Source of the DNA: a virus
Reading direction: 5' to 3' (one strand)
Length of the DNA: 64,000 nucleotides
Virus record (IMG/VR): IMGVR_UViG_3300032282_005862
Span: 34,630 to 98,629 of that record
Shown here piece after piece: positions 27,376-37,688 of the stretch (its first letter is position 1; each line of letters starts with the position of its first letter). The translations under genes were made by a program, and so were the position numbers. The notes under the pieces were generated by a model. That model was not told the DNA's origin and searched no databases. It worked only from the letters and a program-made list of their open reading frames with translations.

Positions 27376-28122
27376 ATGATACCATTATTTAAATCGCATT
27401 ATTCTTTAGGAAGATCTATTTTAACCCTTGAGGATAAAAGTGAGGCAGATGATTATCCAGATTCAATTATTCAAATAGCAAAAGAAAATAAACTTAAAGA
27501 GTTATTTCTTGTAGAAGATAATATGTCGTCTTTTCTAGAAGCATATACGAACACAAAAAACAATAATATTAAGTTAAATTATGGATTAAGAGTTACAGCC
27601 ACGGAGTCGATTAATGATAAAACAGATGAATCTCGCCAGAAAAATTCAAAAATAGTTATATTCTTTAGGAATAAACAAGGACATGAGCTTTTAACTAAAT
27701 TATTTAGTATAGCAGCAAAAACTGGTTTTTATTATGAACCAAGGCTGGATTATGAAACTATCAAACAAAACTGGACAGATGACTTATTACTTTGTATTCC
27801 ATTTTATGATTCTTTTATATTCAATAATACTTTAAAAAACTTTATATGTATTCCACAATTTGATTTTACAAAACCTATAGTTTTTATTGAAGATAATGAC
27901 TTACCATTTGATTTTATTGTTAAAAATAAAATTGAAAAATATGCCCAAGAAAATAATTTAGAACTTTACAAGACTAAAAGTATTTATTATAATAAAAGAA
28001 AAGATTTTAAAACATATCTTACATTCCGTTGTATAAATAATAGAAGTATTTTAAATAAACCAGAATTAGAGCATATGTCTACTAATGAATTTTCTTTTGA
28101 AAGCTATTTGGGAGCAAAATAA
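27376..28122 (+). CDS. stand-alone PHP domain of DNA polymerase III alpha
   Basis: FKSHYSLGRSI, GFYYEPRLD. Homologous to the DnaE N-terminus and adjacent to a PHP-less dnaE. Confidence 0.75.
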   Translation: MIPLFKSHYSLGRSILTLEDKSEADDYPDSIIQIAKENKLKELFLVEDNMSSFLEAYTNTKNNNIKLNYGLRVTATESINDKTDESRQKNSKIVIFFRNKQGHELLTKLFSIAAKTGFYYEPRLDYETIKQNWTDDLLLCIPFYDSFIFNNTLKNFICIPQFDFTKPIVFIEDNDLPFDFIVKNKIEKYAQENNLELYKTKSIYYNKRKDFKTYLTFRCINNRSILNKPELEHMSTNEFSFESYLGAK

Positions 28123-28760
28123 TGGATGAGCATTTATTAAGATATAACAAGAAAAAGACTTTGGTATTTATTGATTGTGAGACATTTAATCTTTGCCTTA
28201 ACTTCTGCCACAATATTCCTTGGCAAATTGCTATGATTAAAGTTCAAGGTGATAAAAAAGTTGATGAAAAGAATTATTACCTTAAATGGCAAACAGATTT
28301 AAAGATTAGCCAAGACGCAGCAAGAATTACAAGATATGATCATAAAAAAGTTCAAAAAGAAGGACATGATCCAAAAGAAATATTTCCAACTATAAAAGAT
28401 TGGTTAGATCATGCAGATTATATCGTAGGTCATAACACTCTTGGATTTGATATTTATTTAATTAAAGAGTATTATAAGTATATGGGATGTAATTGGCACC
28501 ATCTTATTAATAAATTTATTGATACCAATACTATAGCTAGAGGTATTAAATATGGAATACCATATAATCCAAAAGAAAGTTTAATTGAATATCAATACAA
28601 GATTTTTCATACAAGAAAAAAAGGAGTCAAGAGTTCTTTAACAGTTTTAGGTAAAGAAAATGGCATTGAACATGATTATGATAAATTACATGACGCAATA
28701 AATGATCTTGACTTAAATTTAAAAGTATGGAATAAATTGAAATGGCAGGTAGAAATTTAA
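28122..28760 (+). CDS. DEDDh 3'-5' exonuclease (DnaQ/epsilon-like)
   Basis: FIDCET, VGHNTLGFD, FIDT, LHDAIND. Confidence 0.85.
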   Translation: MDEHLLRYNKKKTLVFIDCETFNLCLNFCHNIPWQIAMIKVQGDKKVDEKNYYLKWQTDLKISQDAARITRYDHKKVQKEGHDPKEIFPTIKDWLDHADYIVGHNTLGFDIYLIKEYYKYMGCNWHHLINKFIDTNTIARGIKYGIPYNPKESLIEYQYKIFHTRKKGVKSSLTVLGKENGIEHDYDKLHDAINDLDLNLKVWNKLKWQVEI

Positions 28761-28761
28761 T

Positions 28762-28983
28762 ATGGCATCATTAGACAATATTTACGATATGCTTCAAAAT
28801 CTAGACGATTCTGGTATAGAATATTTACTTATAACTATTCAAAAAGGCAAGAAAACTGGAAAAGCAGATGTTTTCTTTTCATTAAAAGATAAGGCTTCTA
28901 TGAAAATTCTTTCAACAGGATTAAATGAATTTAATAAAGAAATTGATAAGATAAATCAAAAGGATGAAGATGACGAAGAATAA
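28762..28983 (+). CDS. hypothetical protein
   Basis: 73-aa ORF within the polymerase operon. Confidence 0.6.
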   Translation: MASLDNIYDMLQNLDDSGIEYLLITIQKGKKTGKADVFFSLKDKASMKILSTGLNEFNKEIDKINQKDEDDEE

Positions 28984-31558
28984 TACTTTAGAAGATAAAG
29001 CATTTTCATCAAAATTTCAAGATGTTGATCTTGGATTACATGGTGTTAGATTGCCAGAATTTACTATTGATAGTCAATCTAAAAGGCATTTAAATCTTAG
29101 CGAAGATGTTTCAAATTATGACTTCCTAAGAGGTTTAGCTTTAAATGGATTTAAAGATCTAAATATAGATAAAAGTAATTCTGAGTATAAAAGATATGTT
29201 GATCGCGCAAAGTATGAACTTGAAACACTAAAAGAACTTGGGTTTATTGATTATATTTTATTGGTATGGGATGTTATTAATTTTTGCAAAACCCATGATA
29301 TTCCAGTTGGTTTAGGCAGAGGTTCTGCTGCTGGATCATTAATTTTGTATCTTATTGGAGTAACTAGAATTGATCCAGTTAAATATAACCTTTATTTTGA
29401 AAGATTTATATCCAAGATTCGAGCTAAAAAGCAAGTTGTAGATGGAATAACCTATTTAGATGGTTCATTAATGTGTGACGTTGATTTGGATATTTGTTAT
29501 TATAATCGTCATAGGGTACTTGAATATCTTGAGACTAAATTTAAAGGCAAAACTAGTAAAATTTTAACTCTTAATACTCTTAGTGGAAAATTACTTATTA
29601 AAGAGTGCGGAAAGATTGTAGGGGAAAAAAGTGAAGAAGAAATGACGAATATTTCCTCACTTATTCCAAAGGTATTCGGTCAAGTCAAAGATATTACAAC
29701 TGCTTACGAGGAAATTGAAAAATTTAAAGAATGGTGCGATGAAAATAAAGAGGTTTATGAAATTGCTTTAAAACTTAGAGATTTAATTAAAAATAAAGGA
29801 GTTCATCCTTCTGGAGTTCTTTTATCTTATAATAACCTTGAAAAAGTATGTCCAACTGAATTTTCAAGTGATAAAGAAGCCGTTTCAAGTTTTGATATGA
29901 ATTGGGTTAGTTTATTTAATATTAAACTTGATATTCTTGGATTAAGAAGTGTTTCTGTTGTAGATGACGTTTGCAAAAGTATTGGCGTCAAAGTCCAAGA
30001 TATTGATTTGTCTCATGAATCTATTTATAGAAATTTACAAGAATTAAAATCGCCTCATGGACTATTTCAAATTGAAGCAGATACAAATTTTAAAGTATGC
30101 CAAAAAGTAAAACCGAAAAATCTAGAAGAACTTAGTGGAGTTCTTGCTTTAGCTAGACCTGGAGCACTTCAATTCGTAGACAAATATGCTAAATATACAA
30201 ATTATGGTGAACATGAAAGTATTCATCCATTCTTTGATGATATTTTAAAGCAAACTGGTGGAGTTGCACTTTACCAAGAACAGCTTATGCAAATGGCGCA
30301 TAAAATTGGGTTCACTCTTGATGAAGCAGAAATTTTAAGAAGAATCGTAGGTAAAAAGAAAACCGAAGAAATCAAAGCATGGCAAAAGAAGATTCAAGAA
30401 AAAGTAAAACAAAATAAACTACCAAAAGAAGTAGGAGAAATTCTATGGAAAATCATGGAAGATTCAGCAAATTATTCATTTAATAAATCTCACTCGCTTG
30501 CATATGCAGCCTTGGCTGCAGTTACAATCTATCTAAAATTTAATTATCCACAACAATTCTTCTTATCTCTTTTAAAAATGAGCAGAAATGAACCAGATCC
30601 AATTGGTGAAATTTCTAAAATTCAAAAAGAAATGCATGAATTTAATATTCAATTACTTCCTCCTCATATCATTAAATCTGAAATGGATTTTTCAATTGAA
30701 CAAAAAGACATCCGATTTGGATTGTTGTCAATTAAAGGTATTAGCGATAAATCAATTGAAAAACTTAATAGTTTTAGAAATAAGTATTCCAATAAATTTG
30801 AAATTTTTCAAGCAGCAGAAGAAGCAGATCTTAATATTGGAGTATTATCTGCACTTATACAAGCTGGAGCATTAAGTGGTTTTAATCAATCTAGAAGTAA
30901 AATCGTATTAGAAGCCCAACTATGGAATATTTTAACTGCTAAAGAAAAGAAATATGCAATTTCATTCGCAGAAAAATTTGATTATGATCTTATTAAGATT
31001 ATTAAACATTTAAATAAATTTACTGATGAAAAAAATCATGTAGTAATCAAAGATACAAGATTAAAAACAATTAAAAGTAAATATGATCCATATTTACAAA
31101 TTTATAATCAAAATAGCAAAAGTGAAAGTTTTGCAAATTGGTATTACGAAAAGAAACTTTTAGGATATACTTATAATAAAGATCTTAAGGAAATCTTCTC
31201 AGAGAAAAGAGAAAATTTAAAATATATTTGCGAGATTATAGATGAACCAATAAATAATAAAGTAGCGTTTGTAGGTCAAATTGAAGAAGTATTTACTGGC
31301 GTTTCCAAAAATGAAAAGAAAACTAGATATGTAAGATTAAAGATATCAGACGAAACATCATCAATTAGCGTATTAATATTTAATGATAATATTGAAAATA
31401 ATAAATTATTAAATAACAGGACTTTTGAAGAAGGAAATATAGTTATTTGCAAAGGTTCAAAAAGAGATGATTGCGTATTTGGAGACTTAATAGCTATTCA
31501 AGATCATCAAATTTATATGAAATTAAATGATCTAAAAAAGACAGATAAAAATAATTGA
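28964..31558 (+). CDS. dnaE: DNA polymerase III alpha subunit, catalytic part (no PHP domain)
   Basis: GLGRGSAAGSL, FERF, DVDLD, GVHPSG, KLDILGL, YQEQLM, YSFNKSHS, IRFGL..IKG, C-terminal OB fold. Confidence 0.95.
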   Translation: MKMTKNNTLEDKAFSSKFQDVDLGLHGVRLPEFTIDSQSKRHLNLSEDVSNYDFLRGLALNGFKDLNIDKSNSEYKRYVDRAKYELETLKELGFIDYILLVWDVINFCKTHDIPVGLGRGSAAGSLILYLIGVTRIDPVKYNLYFERFISKIRAKKQVVDGITYLDGSLMCDVDLDICYYNRHRVLEYLETKFKGKTSKILTLNTLSGKLLIKECGKIVGEKSEEEMTNISSLIPKVFGQVKDITTAYEEIEKFKEWCDENKEVYEIALKLRDLIKNKGVHPSGVLLSYNNLEKVCPTEFSSDKEAVSSFDMNWVSLFNIKLDILGLRSVSVVDDVCKSIGVKVQDIDLSHESIYRNLQELKSPHGLFQIEADTNFKVCQKVKPKNLEELSGVLALARPGALQFVDKYAKYTNYGEHESIHPFFDDILKQTGGVALYQEQLMQMAHKIGFTLDEAEILRRIVGKKKTEEIKAWQKKIQEKVKQNKLPKEVGEILWKIMEDSANYSFNKSHSLAYAALAAVTIYLKFNYPQQFFLSLLKMSRNEPDPIGEISKIQKEMHEFNIQLLPPHIIKSEMDFSIEQKDIRFGLLSIKGISDKSIEKLNSFRNKYSNKFEIFQAAEEADLNIGVLSALIQAGALSGFNQSRSKIVLEAQLWNILTAKEKKYAISFAEKFDYDLIKIIKHLNKFTDEKNHVVIKDTRLKTIKSKYDPYLQIYNQNSKSESFANWYYEKKLLGYTYNKDLKEIFSEKRENLKYICEIIDEPINNKVAFVGQIEEVFTGVSKNEKKTRYVRLKISDETSSISVLIFNDNIENNKLLNNRTFEEGNIVICKGSKRDDCVFGDLIAIQDHQIYMKLNDLKKTDKNN

Positions 31559-31583
31559 CATTTTTAAATATAATTAGTAACAT
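31555..31583 (+). promoter_or_regulatory. sigma70-type promoter (TTGACA-17-TAACAT-8-ATG)
   Basis: Read directly from sequence. Confidence 0.65.
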
Positions 31584-31591
31584 AGATTAAT

Positions 31592-32134
31592 ATGATATCA
31601 TTTTATAAACCAAATAGTAAAAATACAGGCACAGCTTGTAGTTTCAGCGTAAATTCTAAAGATAATTCAGTATGGGGATCATTAATTAAGCAAAGTTCTT
31701 GGAACGATGCCAAAAAAATCGGATCTTTTTCAGAAAATCAAAATAATCCTAATAAAAGTGTTAAAGTTAAATTTTCACTTACAGAAGCAGCTGGACTTCT
31801 TGATGCTCTAGAAAGAAATGTAGAGTTTTCAGCATATCATACTTCTGAAAAACAAATTACAAAAATTAAACTTGCGCCTTATATTAAAGATGAAAAACAA
31901 GTAGGTTTTTCATATAGTGTCAATAAAGAAGATAAGCAAAATGTTGAAAATAAACAATCATATTTAATTGGATTTTATTTTAACGAAGCTAGACTTTTAA
32001 AAGAATTTTTAACTTACTCTTTAAATTCTGTTTTCGAGGCTCAAAGAATTGAAGCGATTAAAAAGGCTAAAAATTCAACAAAAGATACTAAAGAAGTTAA
32101 TCCTGATAACCAAGAAGACAGCGAACTCTGGTAA
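31592..32134 (+). CDS. putative ssDNA-binding protein (possibly Whirly/PC4-like)
   Basis: Beta-rich with a repeated strand-helix pattern. Acidic C-tail ending in an aromatic residue (QEDSELW). Follows dnaE. Confidence 0.4.
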   Translation: MISFYKPNSKNTGTACSFSVNSKDNSVWGSLIKQSSWNDAKKIGSFSENQNNPNKSVKVKFSLTEAAGLLDALERNVEFSAYHTSEKQITKIKLAPYIKDEKQVGFSYSVNKEDKQNVENKQSYLIGFYFNEARLLKEFLTYSLNSVFEAQRIEAIKKAKNSTKDTKEVNPDNQEDSELW

Positions 32135-34053
32135 TGGACAGAAAAAAGAAAATTTTAATACAAACTGATTTTTCTTTAGCTAAAACAGGCTTTGGAAGAA
32201 GTGCAAGAGCTATATTAAAAAATTTATATTTAAAAAATAAATACGATATTGTACACTATGCATGTGGGATGACTTATAATCATCCAGATTTTGGTAAAAC
32301 TCCTTGGAAAACAGTAGGCTCTTTACCAAATACTCAACAAGAATTAGATCAATTAAATAGAGATCCACACTTAGCTAGAATGGCTAGTTATGGAGCACAT
32401 CTTTTAGACAAGGTAATTAATGAAGAAAAACCAGATGTTTATATTGCAGTCCAAGATATTTGGGGAGTAGATTTTGCAATAGAAAAGCCTTGGTTTAATA
32501 AAATCAATTCTGTTATATGGACAACATTAGATTCTTTACCAATTCTTGAATCGGCAATACAAGCGGCAAGAAAAGTAAAAAATTATTGGATTTGGAGTGA
32601 TTTTGCTACAAAAGCTTTGCATAAACTTGGATTTCCTCACGTAAAAACTCTTCATGGAGCATTAGAAAATAAAGATTTTTACAGACTTTCTGATTTTGAT
32701 AGAAATCAACTTAGAAAAAGAAATAATATAGCTCCAGACGCATTTGTTATAGGTTTTGTTTTTAGAAATCAATTAAGAAAAAGTGTTCCTAATTTGCTTC
32801 AAGGATATGCGCTATGGAAAAAACAAAATCCAGAGATTAAAAATACATACCTTCTTCTCCATACTCATTGGGGAGAAGGTTGGAACATACATAAATTAGC
32901 TGGTGAAATTGGAGTAAATCCACAAGAAATATTAACTACTTATGTATGTAAAGATTGCGGAGAATATGAAGTAAAACCTTTTAGTGGTCAAGATTTAAAT
33001 TGCAGATTTTGTAAAAGTCAAAAAACTCAAATAACTACAAACGTTGGATTAGGAGTATCAGAAGAAAAATTAAATGAAATTTATAATTTAATGGATGTAT
33101 ACTGTCATCCATTTACTAGTGGTGGACAAGAAATACCAATTCAAGAAGCAAAATTAACAGAGCTTATTACATTAGTTACAAATTATAGCTGTGGAGAAGA
33201 AATGTGCGAAAAAGAAGCTCATTCATTATCTCTTGAGTGGTCAGAATATAGAGAACATGGAACAGAGTTTATTAAAGCTTCAACATCTCCAGAGTCAATA
33301 GCAAAAAATTTAAATATTGTTTATAAAATGCCAATTCAAAAAAGAAAAGAAATGGGAGCAAAGGCTAGAGAATGGACAATTAAAAACTTTGGTGTAGAAA
33401 ATATATGCAAACAAATAGAATCATTTATTGATAGCAAAGAATTTATAGATTGGTCAAAAATTTCAGAAAGCAAAGAAGAAAAAGATCCATATTTCCAAAT
33501 TCCAGAAATTCCAAATAATATTGAGTGGTTATTATTTATGTATCATAATATTTTGAAAATGAAAGAGGTTGATCAAAATGATGATGGTTGTAAATATTGG
33601 ATGAACGAATTATCAAAGGGTGCTAAAAGACAAGACATTGAAAATTATTTTAGAAATGTAGCCGTACAAGAAAATCAAAAATTAAAGAAAATTAATTTTG
33701 AAGACTTATTAGATCAAAATGATAAAGGTAAAAGAATTTTATATGTAATGCCAGAAAGCATAGGAGATATATTTTTATCTACTTCTTTATTCGAAAATAT
33801 TAAAAAACAATATCCAGAATATAATCTTTATGTTGCTGTAAAGCAGGAATATTTTGAAATATTAGATGGAAATCCTCATATTCATAGACTTTTAAATTAT
33901 ATACCTCAAATGGATCAATTAATTTGGCTAGAAGGATCTCAAGATCATAAAGGTTATTTTGAAATAGCATTTTTGCCACACGCAGGTACACAAAGATTTT
34001 TAGATTATTTACATAATGGTAAAACTAATATACAATTCAATATAAAGGATTAA
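32134..34053 (+). CDS. GT4 glycosyltransferase with inserted CxxC..CxxC module and C-terminal GT9-like domain
   Basis: KTGFGR, RNQLRK, CKDC..CRFC, SGGQEIPIQEA, SIGDIFLSTSL...ILDGNPHI. Confidence 0.75.
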   Translation: MDRKKKILIQTDFSLAKTGFGRSARAILKNLYLKNKYDIVHYACGMTYNHPDFGKTPWKTVGSLPNTQQELDQLNRDPHLARMASYGAHLLDKVINEEKPDVYIAVQDIWGVDFAIEKPWFNKINSVIWTTLDSLPILESAIQAARKVKNYWIWSDFATKALHKLGFPHVKTLHGALENKDFYRLSDFDRNQLRKRNNIAPDAFVIGFVFRNQLRKSVPNLLQGYALWKKQNPEIKNTYLLLHTHWGEGWNIHKLAGEIGVNPQEILTTYVCKDCGEYEVKPFSGQDLNCRFCKSQKTQITTNVGLGVSEEKLNEIYNLMDVYCHPFTSGGQEIPIQEAKLTELITLVTNYSCGEEMCEKEAHSLSLEWSEYREHGTEFIKASTSPESIAKNLNIVYKMPIQKRKEMGAKAREWTIKNFGVENICKQIESFIDSKEFIDWSKISESKEEKDPYFQIPEIPNNIEWLLFMYHNILKMKEVDQNDDGCKYWMNELSKGAKRQDIENYFRNVAVQENQKLKKINFEDLLDQNDKGKRILYVMPESIGDIFLSTSLFENIKKQYPEYNLYVAVKQEYFEILDGNPHIHRLLNYIPQMDQLIWLEGSQDHKGYFEIAFLPHAGTQRFLDYLHNGKTNIQFNIKD

Positions 34054-34054
34054 T

Positions 34055-35197
34055 ATGCATTTAATTGAAAGATACGCAACATCTTGTGGGGTTAAAATTG
34101 GAAAACCTTTTATTTATGAAAAATTTTTTCCATTACCAATAGAAAAATATATATGTTTTCAACCTTTTAGTAAATATAATTCTAAAAATTATGATTATTG
34201 GCAAGAAGTATTAGAAATATTAATTCCATATTTAGAAGAATATAATATTAAAATTGTCCAAATTGGAACAAAAAATGATAAACAATTTTTAAATACTGCG
34301 TTTTTAGGTGGTCAAACAACTATAAATCAAGCAGCATATATAATAAAAAATTCAATTCTTCATTTAGGTGCAGATAGTTTTGGCGTACATATTGCTTCTG
34401 GTTATGATAAAAAAATAGTAGCACTTTATAGTAATAGCAATATTGAAAATGCTTGCCCATATTGGACAAAAAAACAAGATAAAATATTAATATCTTCTAA
34501 TAGAGATAAAAAACCATCTTATTCCGCAGAAGAAAATCCTAAAAGTATCAATAATATAAAACCAGAAGAAATAGCTTATTCAGTATTAAAACTTTTAAAT
34601 ATTAAATTTAATAACAATAAAGAAACAATTAATTTTGGTTCTGATTATAATCTACAAAGCTATGAAATAATTCCAGAAGATAATATTAATTTAACTAATT
34701 TTCTAGTAGAAAATCCTATCGTCAGAATGGATTACTGCTTTAATGAAATAGTTTTAGAACAATTATTACAGCAGAAAAAATGTATTATATTTACAAATAA
34801 ACCAATTAAAAAGGAAATAATTGAAAAATACAAAAGCAATATAAATCAAATAATTTATATAATAGAAGAAGAAAATAGTCCTAATTTTGTAAAATTATTA
34901 AAAATAAATTCTATAAATTATATATTGCTTTCATTTTTGGCTGAAGAAGTTTTAAATAAATTTAAATTAGATTATCTCGACTATAATTTAATTATAAATA
35001 AAAAACATAAAACAAAAGAAGATTTTAATATTAAAAATATAAATAATCTTCATTACAAATCTTCAAGAACATTATATGGGGCAGAAGGTAAATTTATCTC
35101 TAGATATGATTGGATTAATAAAAATGGAGATAAAGTAGTAGATGATCCAGAATTTTGGAAAGAAGCCGATAATTTCTATATTTTTAAGTTGACTTAA
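34055..35197 (+). CDS. GT9 (heptosyltransferase-like) glycosyltransferase
   Basis: SKNYDYW, IVQIG, HLGADSFGVHIA. Confidence 0.72.
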   Translation: MHLIERYATSCGVKIGKPFIYEKFFPLPIEKYICFQPFSKYNSKNYDYWQEVLEILIPYLEEYNIKIVQIGTKNDKQFLNTAFLGGQTTINQAAYIIKNSILHLGADSFGVHIASGYDKKIVALYSNSNIENACPYWTKKQDKILISSNRDKKPSYSAEENPKSINNIKPEEIAYSVLKLLNIKFNNNKETINFGSDYNLQSYEIIPEDNINLTNFLVENPIVRMDYCFNEIVLEQLLQQKKCIIFTNKPIKKEIIEKYKSNINQIIYIIEEENSPNFVKLLKINSINYILLSFLAEEVLNKFKLDYLDYNLIINKKHKTKEDFNIKNINNLHYKSSRTLYGAEGKFISRYDWINKNGDKVVDDPEFWKEADNFYIFKLT

Positions 35198-35217
35198 TAT
35201 ACAATGTATAGTATCAT
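35189..35217 (+). promoter_or_regulatory. sigma70-type promoter, leaderless (TTGACT-17-TATCAT-6-ATG)
   Basis: Read directly from sequence. Confidence 0.7.
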
Positions 35218-35223
35218 TACTAA

Positions 35224-36030
35224 ATGAGCCCTAAAATTAAATCAGAAGAAAATACTATTTCAATTGGTAGTTCAGAGTTATTCGAAGGAGTAACTGCTAT
35301 TCAGCAAGAGCAAATTACAAATAAAGTTATACCTCCAAACTTGATTACTAGAAATCAATATGGTCTGGTTGAAGATACCAATCTTAATTATATATTTAAT
35401 GATGATGGAACAATTAATTGGCGCAAGATGGTCAAAGTAGAACATCTTGTTCCTAATCGTCAAAAAACTCAAGAAACAGATGTTTCAAAGCTCCAAGATA
35501 AAGATCTTTTAATACTTTTAGGTGGAATCAAAGAATTAGCTCAAATTAGAGGCTATACTAGCGTAGAATACAAAGTGGTAGCAGCATCTGAAAGCTATTT
35601 TGCAACGAGTTGTAGGATTACTTGGCTACCAAATTATGAAACTGGAGGAAGAGAAGTAGTTTTTGAATCTCTTGCTGACGCTACTATAAATAATACAAAG
35701 AGTTTTGCTAGATTCTTTTTGGCTGCAATTGCGGAGAATAGAGCATTTGTTCGTTGTGTACGTAATTTCTTAAAAATTAATATTGTTTCTCAAGAAGAAT
35801 TAGGGGATGCAAAGCTTATCGATGATTCTTCATTTATTAATGAAAATCCTACATCCCCTCAAGCATTACTTGAAAAAGTTATGAAAGATAAAGGTGTTAA
35901 TTTTGAAAGTCTTAAAAAAAGGCTTATCAAAGAAAAATTTGAAAATGCAGAGAATATTAACTCTATTTCAGATATATCAAAAGTTAAAATATTCGAACTA
36001 ATTGATAGACTTAAGAAAGTGAAAGATTAA
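35224..36030 (+). CDS. putative Rad52-like single-strand annealing protein
   Basis: LGGIKELA..RG, then beta-strands, ADA...N, and AIAENRAFVRCVRNFL helix resembling the A.TRA..RA.R motif. Confidence 0.5.
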   Translation: MSPKIKSEENTISIGSSELFEGVTAIQQEQITNKVIPPNLITRNQYGLVEDTNLNYIFNDDGTINWRKMVKVEHLVPNRQKTQETDVSKLQDKDLLILLGGIKELAQIRGYTSVEYKVVAASESYFATSCRITWLPNYETGGREVVFESLADATINNTKSFARFFLAAIAENRAFVRCVRNFLKINIVSQEELGDAKLIDDSSFINENPTSPQALLEKVMKDKGVNFESLKKRLIKEKFENAENINSISDISKVKIFELIDRLKKVKD

Positions 36031-36323
36031 TAATCTTTATACCTGACAAGTTGATTCCTAACAAAGTAAAGATTAATAAAAAATCCACAAAAAGCACTAA
36101 ATATATTGCTAAAATAAGGATAAGTTAATTCAACAAATGGATTAATAAAAAAACTAATAGCTAAAGATATCCAAAAGCTAGAGCACTCATGACAAAGCAA
36201 TGGTTTATGAATATAAGGTATTTTTGCTATAAAATTACGAAATGGTATAGCGATTTGCGTATCACTCCAAGCATAAGTTACTGCTAAACAAAGAAATAAA
36301 TACAATAAAAATTGATAAAACAT
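36027..36323 (-). CDS. small membrane protein (DUF1360-like, CxxC...W)
   Basis: Hydrophobic, with LLCHECSSFW. Confidence 0.55.
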   Translation of the reverse strand: MFYQFLLYLFLCLAVTYAWSDTQIAIPFRNFIAKIPYIHKPLLCHECSSFWISLAISFFINPFVELTYPYFSNIFSAFCGFFINLYFVRNQLVRYKDY

Positions 36324-36785
36324 TTAAATAAAATAAACCACTAATTTATCTTCTTTTTCAATAATAGAAAAAGATTTAAAATTGATTCTTTCATCTGTTA
36401 TTTTTTTAGCAAGATTTGCCCAATCTTGTTCGGTTTTGCCAATTTGAAATATTTTTCCACCACTATTTTTATGCAAATTATATATTTGATCAAGATGACT
36501 TAGTTTTGATGGAATAGAATTTATAATTTCTTCGTTTTTTTCTGATATTAATTTTTTAATTTCTTCAATATTTATTAAATCGTTAAAATAATTTACTTCA
36601 TTAGTAATTTTTGATTCCAAATAAGCTTTTACTCGATTTTTACATGAACAATTTGGATTATTTCTAGAACTAGTAAGATCTGCTAAAATTTCTGGAAATT
36701 TTTGTTTTAAAGAATTAAAAAAAATATCATTTTTAATAAAAATATTAAAAAATGCCTGAGAATCTAATAATTTTTGAAATGTCAT
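36324..36785 (-). CDS. hypothetical protein
   Basis: 153-aa ORF containing NPNCSC. TAGAAA-16-TATAAT promoter at 36794-36821. Confidence 0.6.
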   Translation of the reverse strand: MTFQKLLDSQAFFNIFIKNDIFFNSLKQKFPEILADLTSSRNNPNCSCKNRVKAYLESKITNEVNYFNDLINIEEIKKLISEKNEEIINSIPSKLSHLDQIYNLHKNSGGKIFQIGKTEQDWANLAKKITDERINFKSFSIIEKEDKLVVYFI

Positions 36786-36827
36786 ATATTAATATTATAT
36801 ATAATATAAATAATATTTCTATTAATT

Positions 36828-37637
36828 TTATATTCCGCTTAAGATATATGTTTGAAAATTGAGATTTAATTTAGCATCATCAGATGTACTATATCTTAAT
36901 TGAGTTTCACTATTTATTAGATTTGATAAATTTAAAGATAACAAGTTTTGATTTGTGCCATATTTTTTGAAATTTAAAGTTAAATTTCTAGAGGCAATAC
37001 CAGTAAAAATATTCGTTACTTTTTCTTGAGTATAATTACTCATAGAAAATTGAAAATTTAAAGATATAGAAATTGGATATTTTACGATTACATTTGTTGG
37101 TAAATAATTTCCAATAGTATAAACTGTTGCCCTTGGAATATCTATATTTATTCGAAATGATTCTAATCTATTATTTTGATCTGCTTCCGCTAAATTTAAA
37201 TCTACATAACAATTATCACCAATATCAAAATTATTTAAAACTTTTGGAGTATAAGAAAAAGTACCAGAAGTATTTCCAAGTTCACCTAAAATAAAACTTT
37301 TTGTATTAACTTCGGGATATTCACCAAATTTATAATTTAAAGAGTAATTTGTTAAATATCCACTTGAAAATGTAAAATAATTGTTACCATACTCAACTTT
37401 ACCACTAAATGAATTAGAGCCAGTATAACTTATAAATCTATCATTAGAACTTAATATATAGGCTAAATCAAGATTCGCTGTAACTGGTTTACCTACAAAA
37501 TAATTCAAATTAGAATTATCGATGGCTATAGAAGGATTTATATTATTATCATAACTAATTCCTAAACTTTGGATTCCAGATATTAAAGAATCATTTAGAT
37601 AAAAGTTCTGATTTTCTATAGAATATACATTAAACAT
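36828..37637 (-). CDS. tail tube-like protein (probable paralog of 54383-55540)
   Basis: Beta-rich with two repeats. IQS.GISY and LESFRINIDIPRATVYTIGNYLP parallel IQSYSLTFDLARTPIQRLG. Confidence 0.5.
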   Translation of the reverse strand: MFNVYSIENQNFYLNDSLISGIQSLGISYDNNINPSIAIDNSNLNYFVGKPVTANLDLAYILSSNDRFISYTGSNSFSGKVEYGNNYFTFSSGYLTNYSLNYKFGEYPEVNTKSFILGELGNTSGTFSYTPKVLNNFDIGDNCYVDLNLAEADQNNRLESFRINIDIPRATVYTIGNYLPTNVIVKYPISISLNFQFSMSNYTQEKVTNIFTGIASRNLTLNFKKYGTNQNLLSLNLSNLINSETQLRYSTSDDAKLNLNFQTYILSGI

Positions 37638-37646
37638 TAATTATAA

Positions 37647-37667
37647 TTACACTACTTTTAAGTGTAA
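37647..37667. promoter_or_regulatory. back-to-back GTGTAA motifs (37647-37652 minus, 37662-37667 plus)
   Basis: Located at the divergence point of two virion transcription units. Confidence 0.65.
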
Positions 37668-37688
37668 AATATAAGAGGTAAAAGGTAT

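Noticed and set aside
20670-31558. Bacterial chromosome origin suggested by recA/dnaB/dnaG/dnaE/ssrA
   Set aside because: The genes are divergent, arranged in a non-cellular order and contiguous with a tail and neck module. No ribosomal or other core cellular operons are present.
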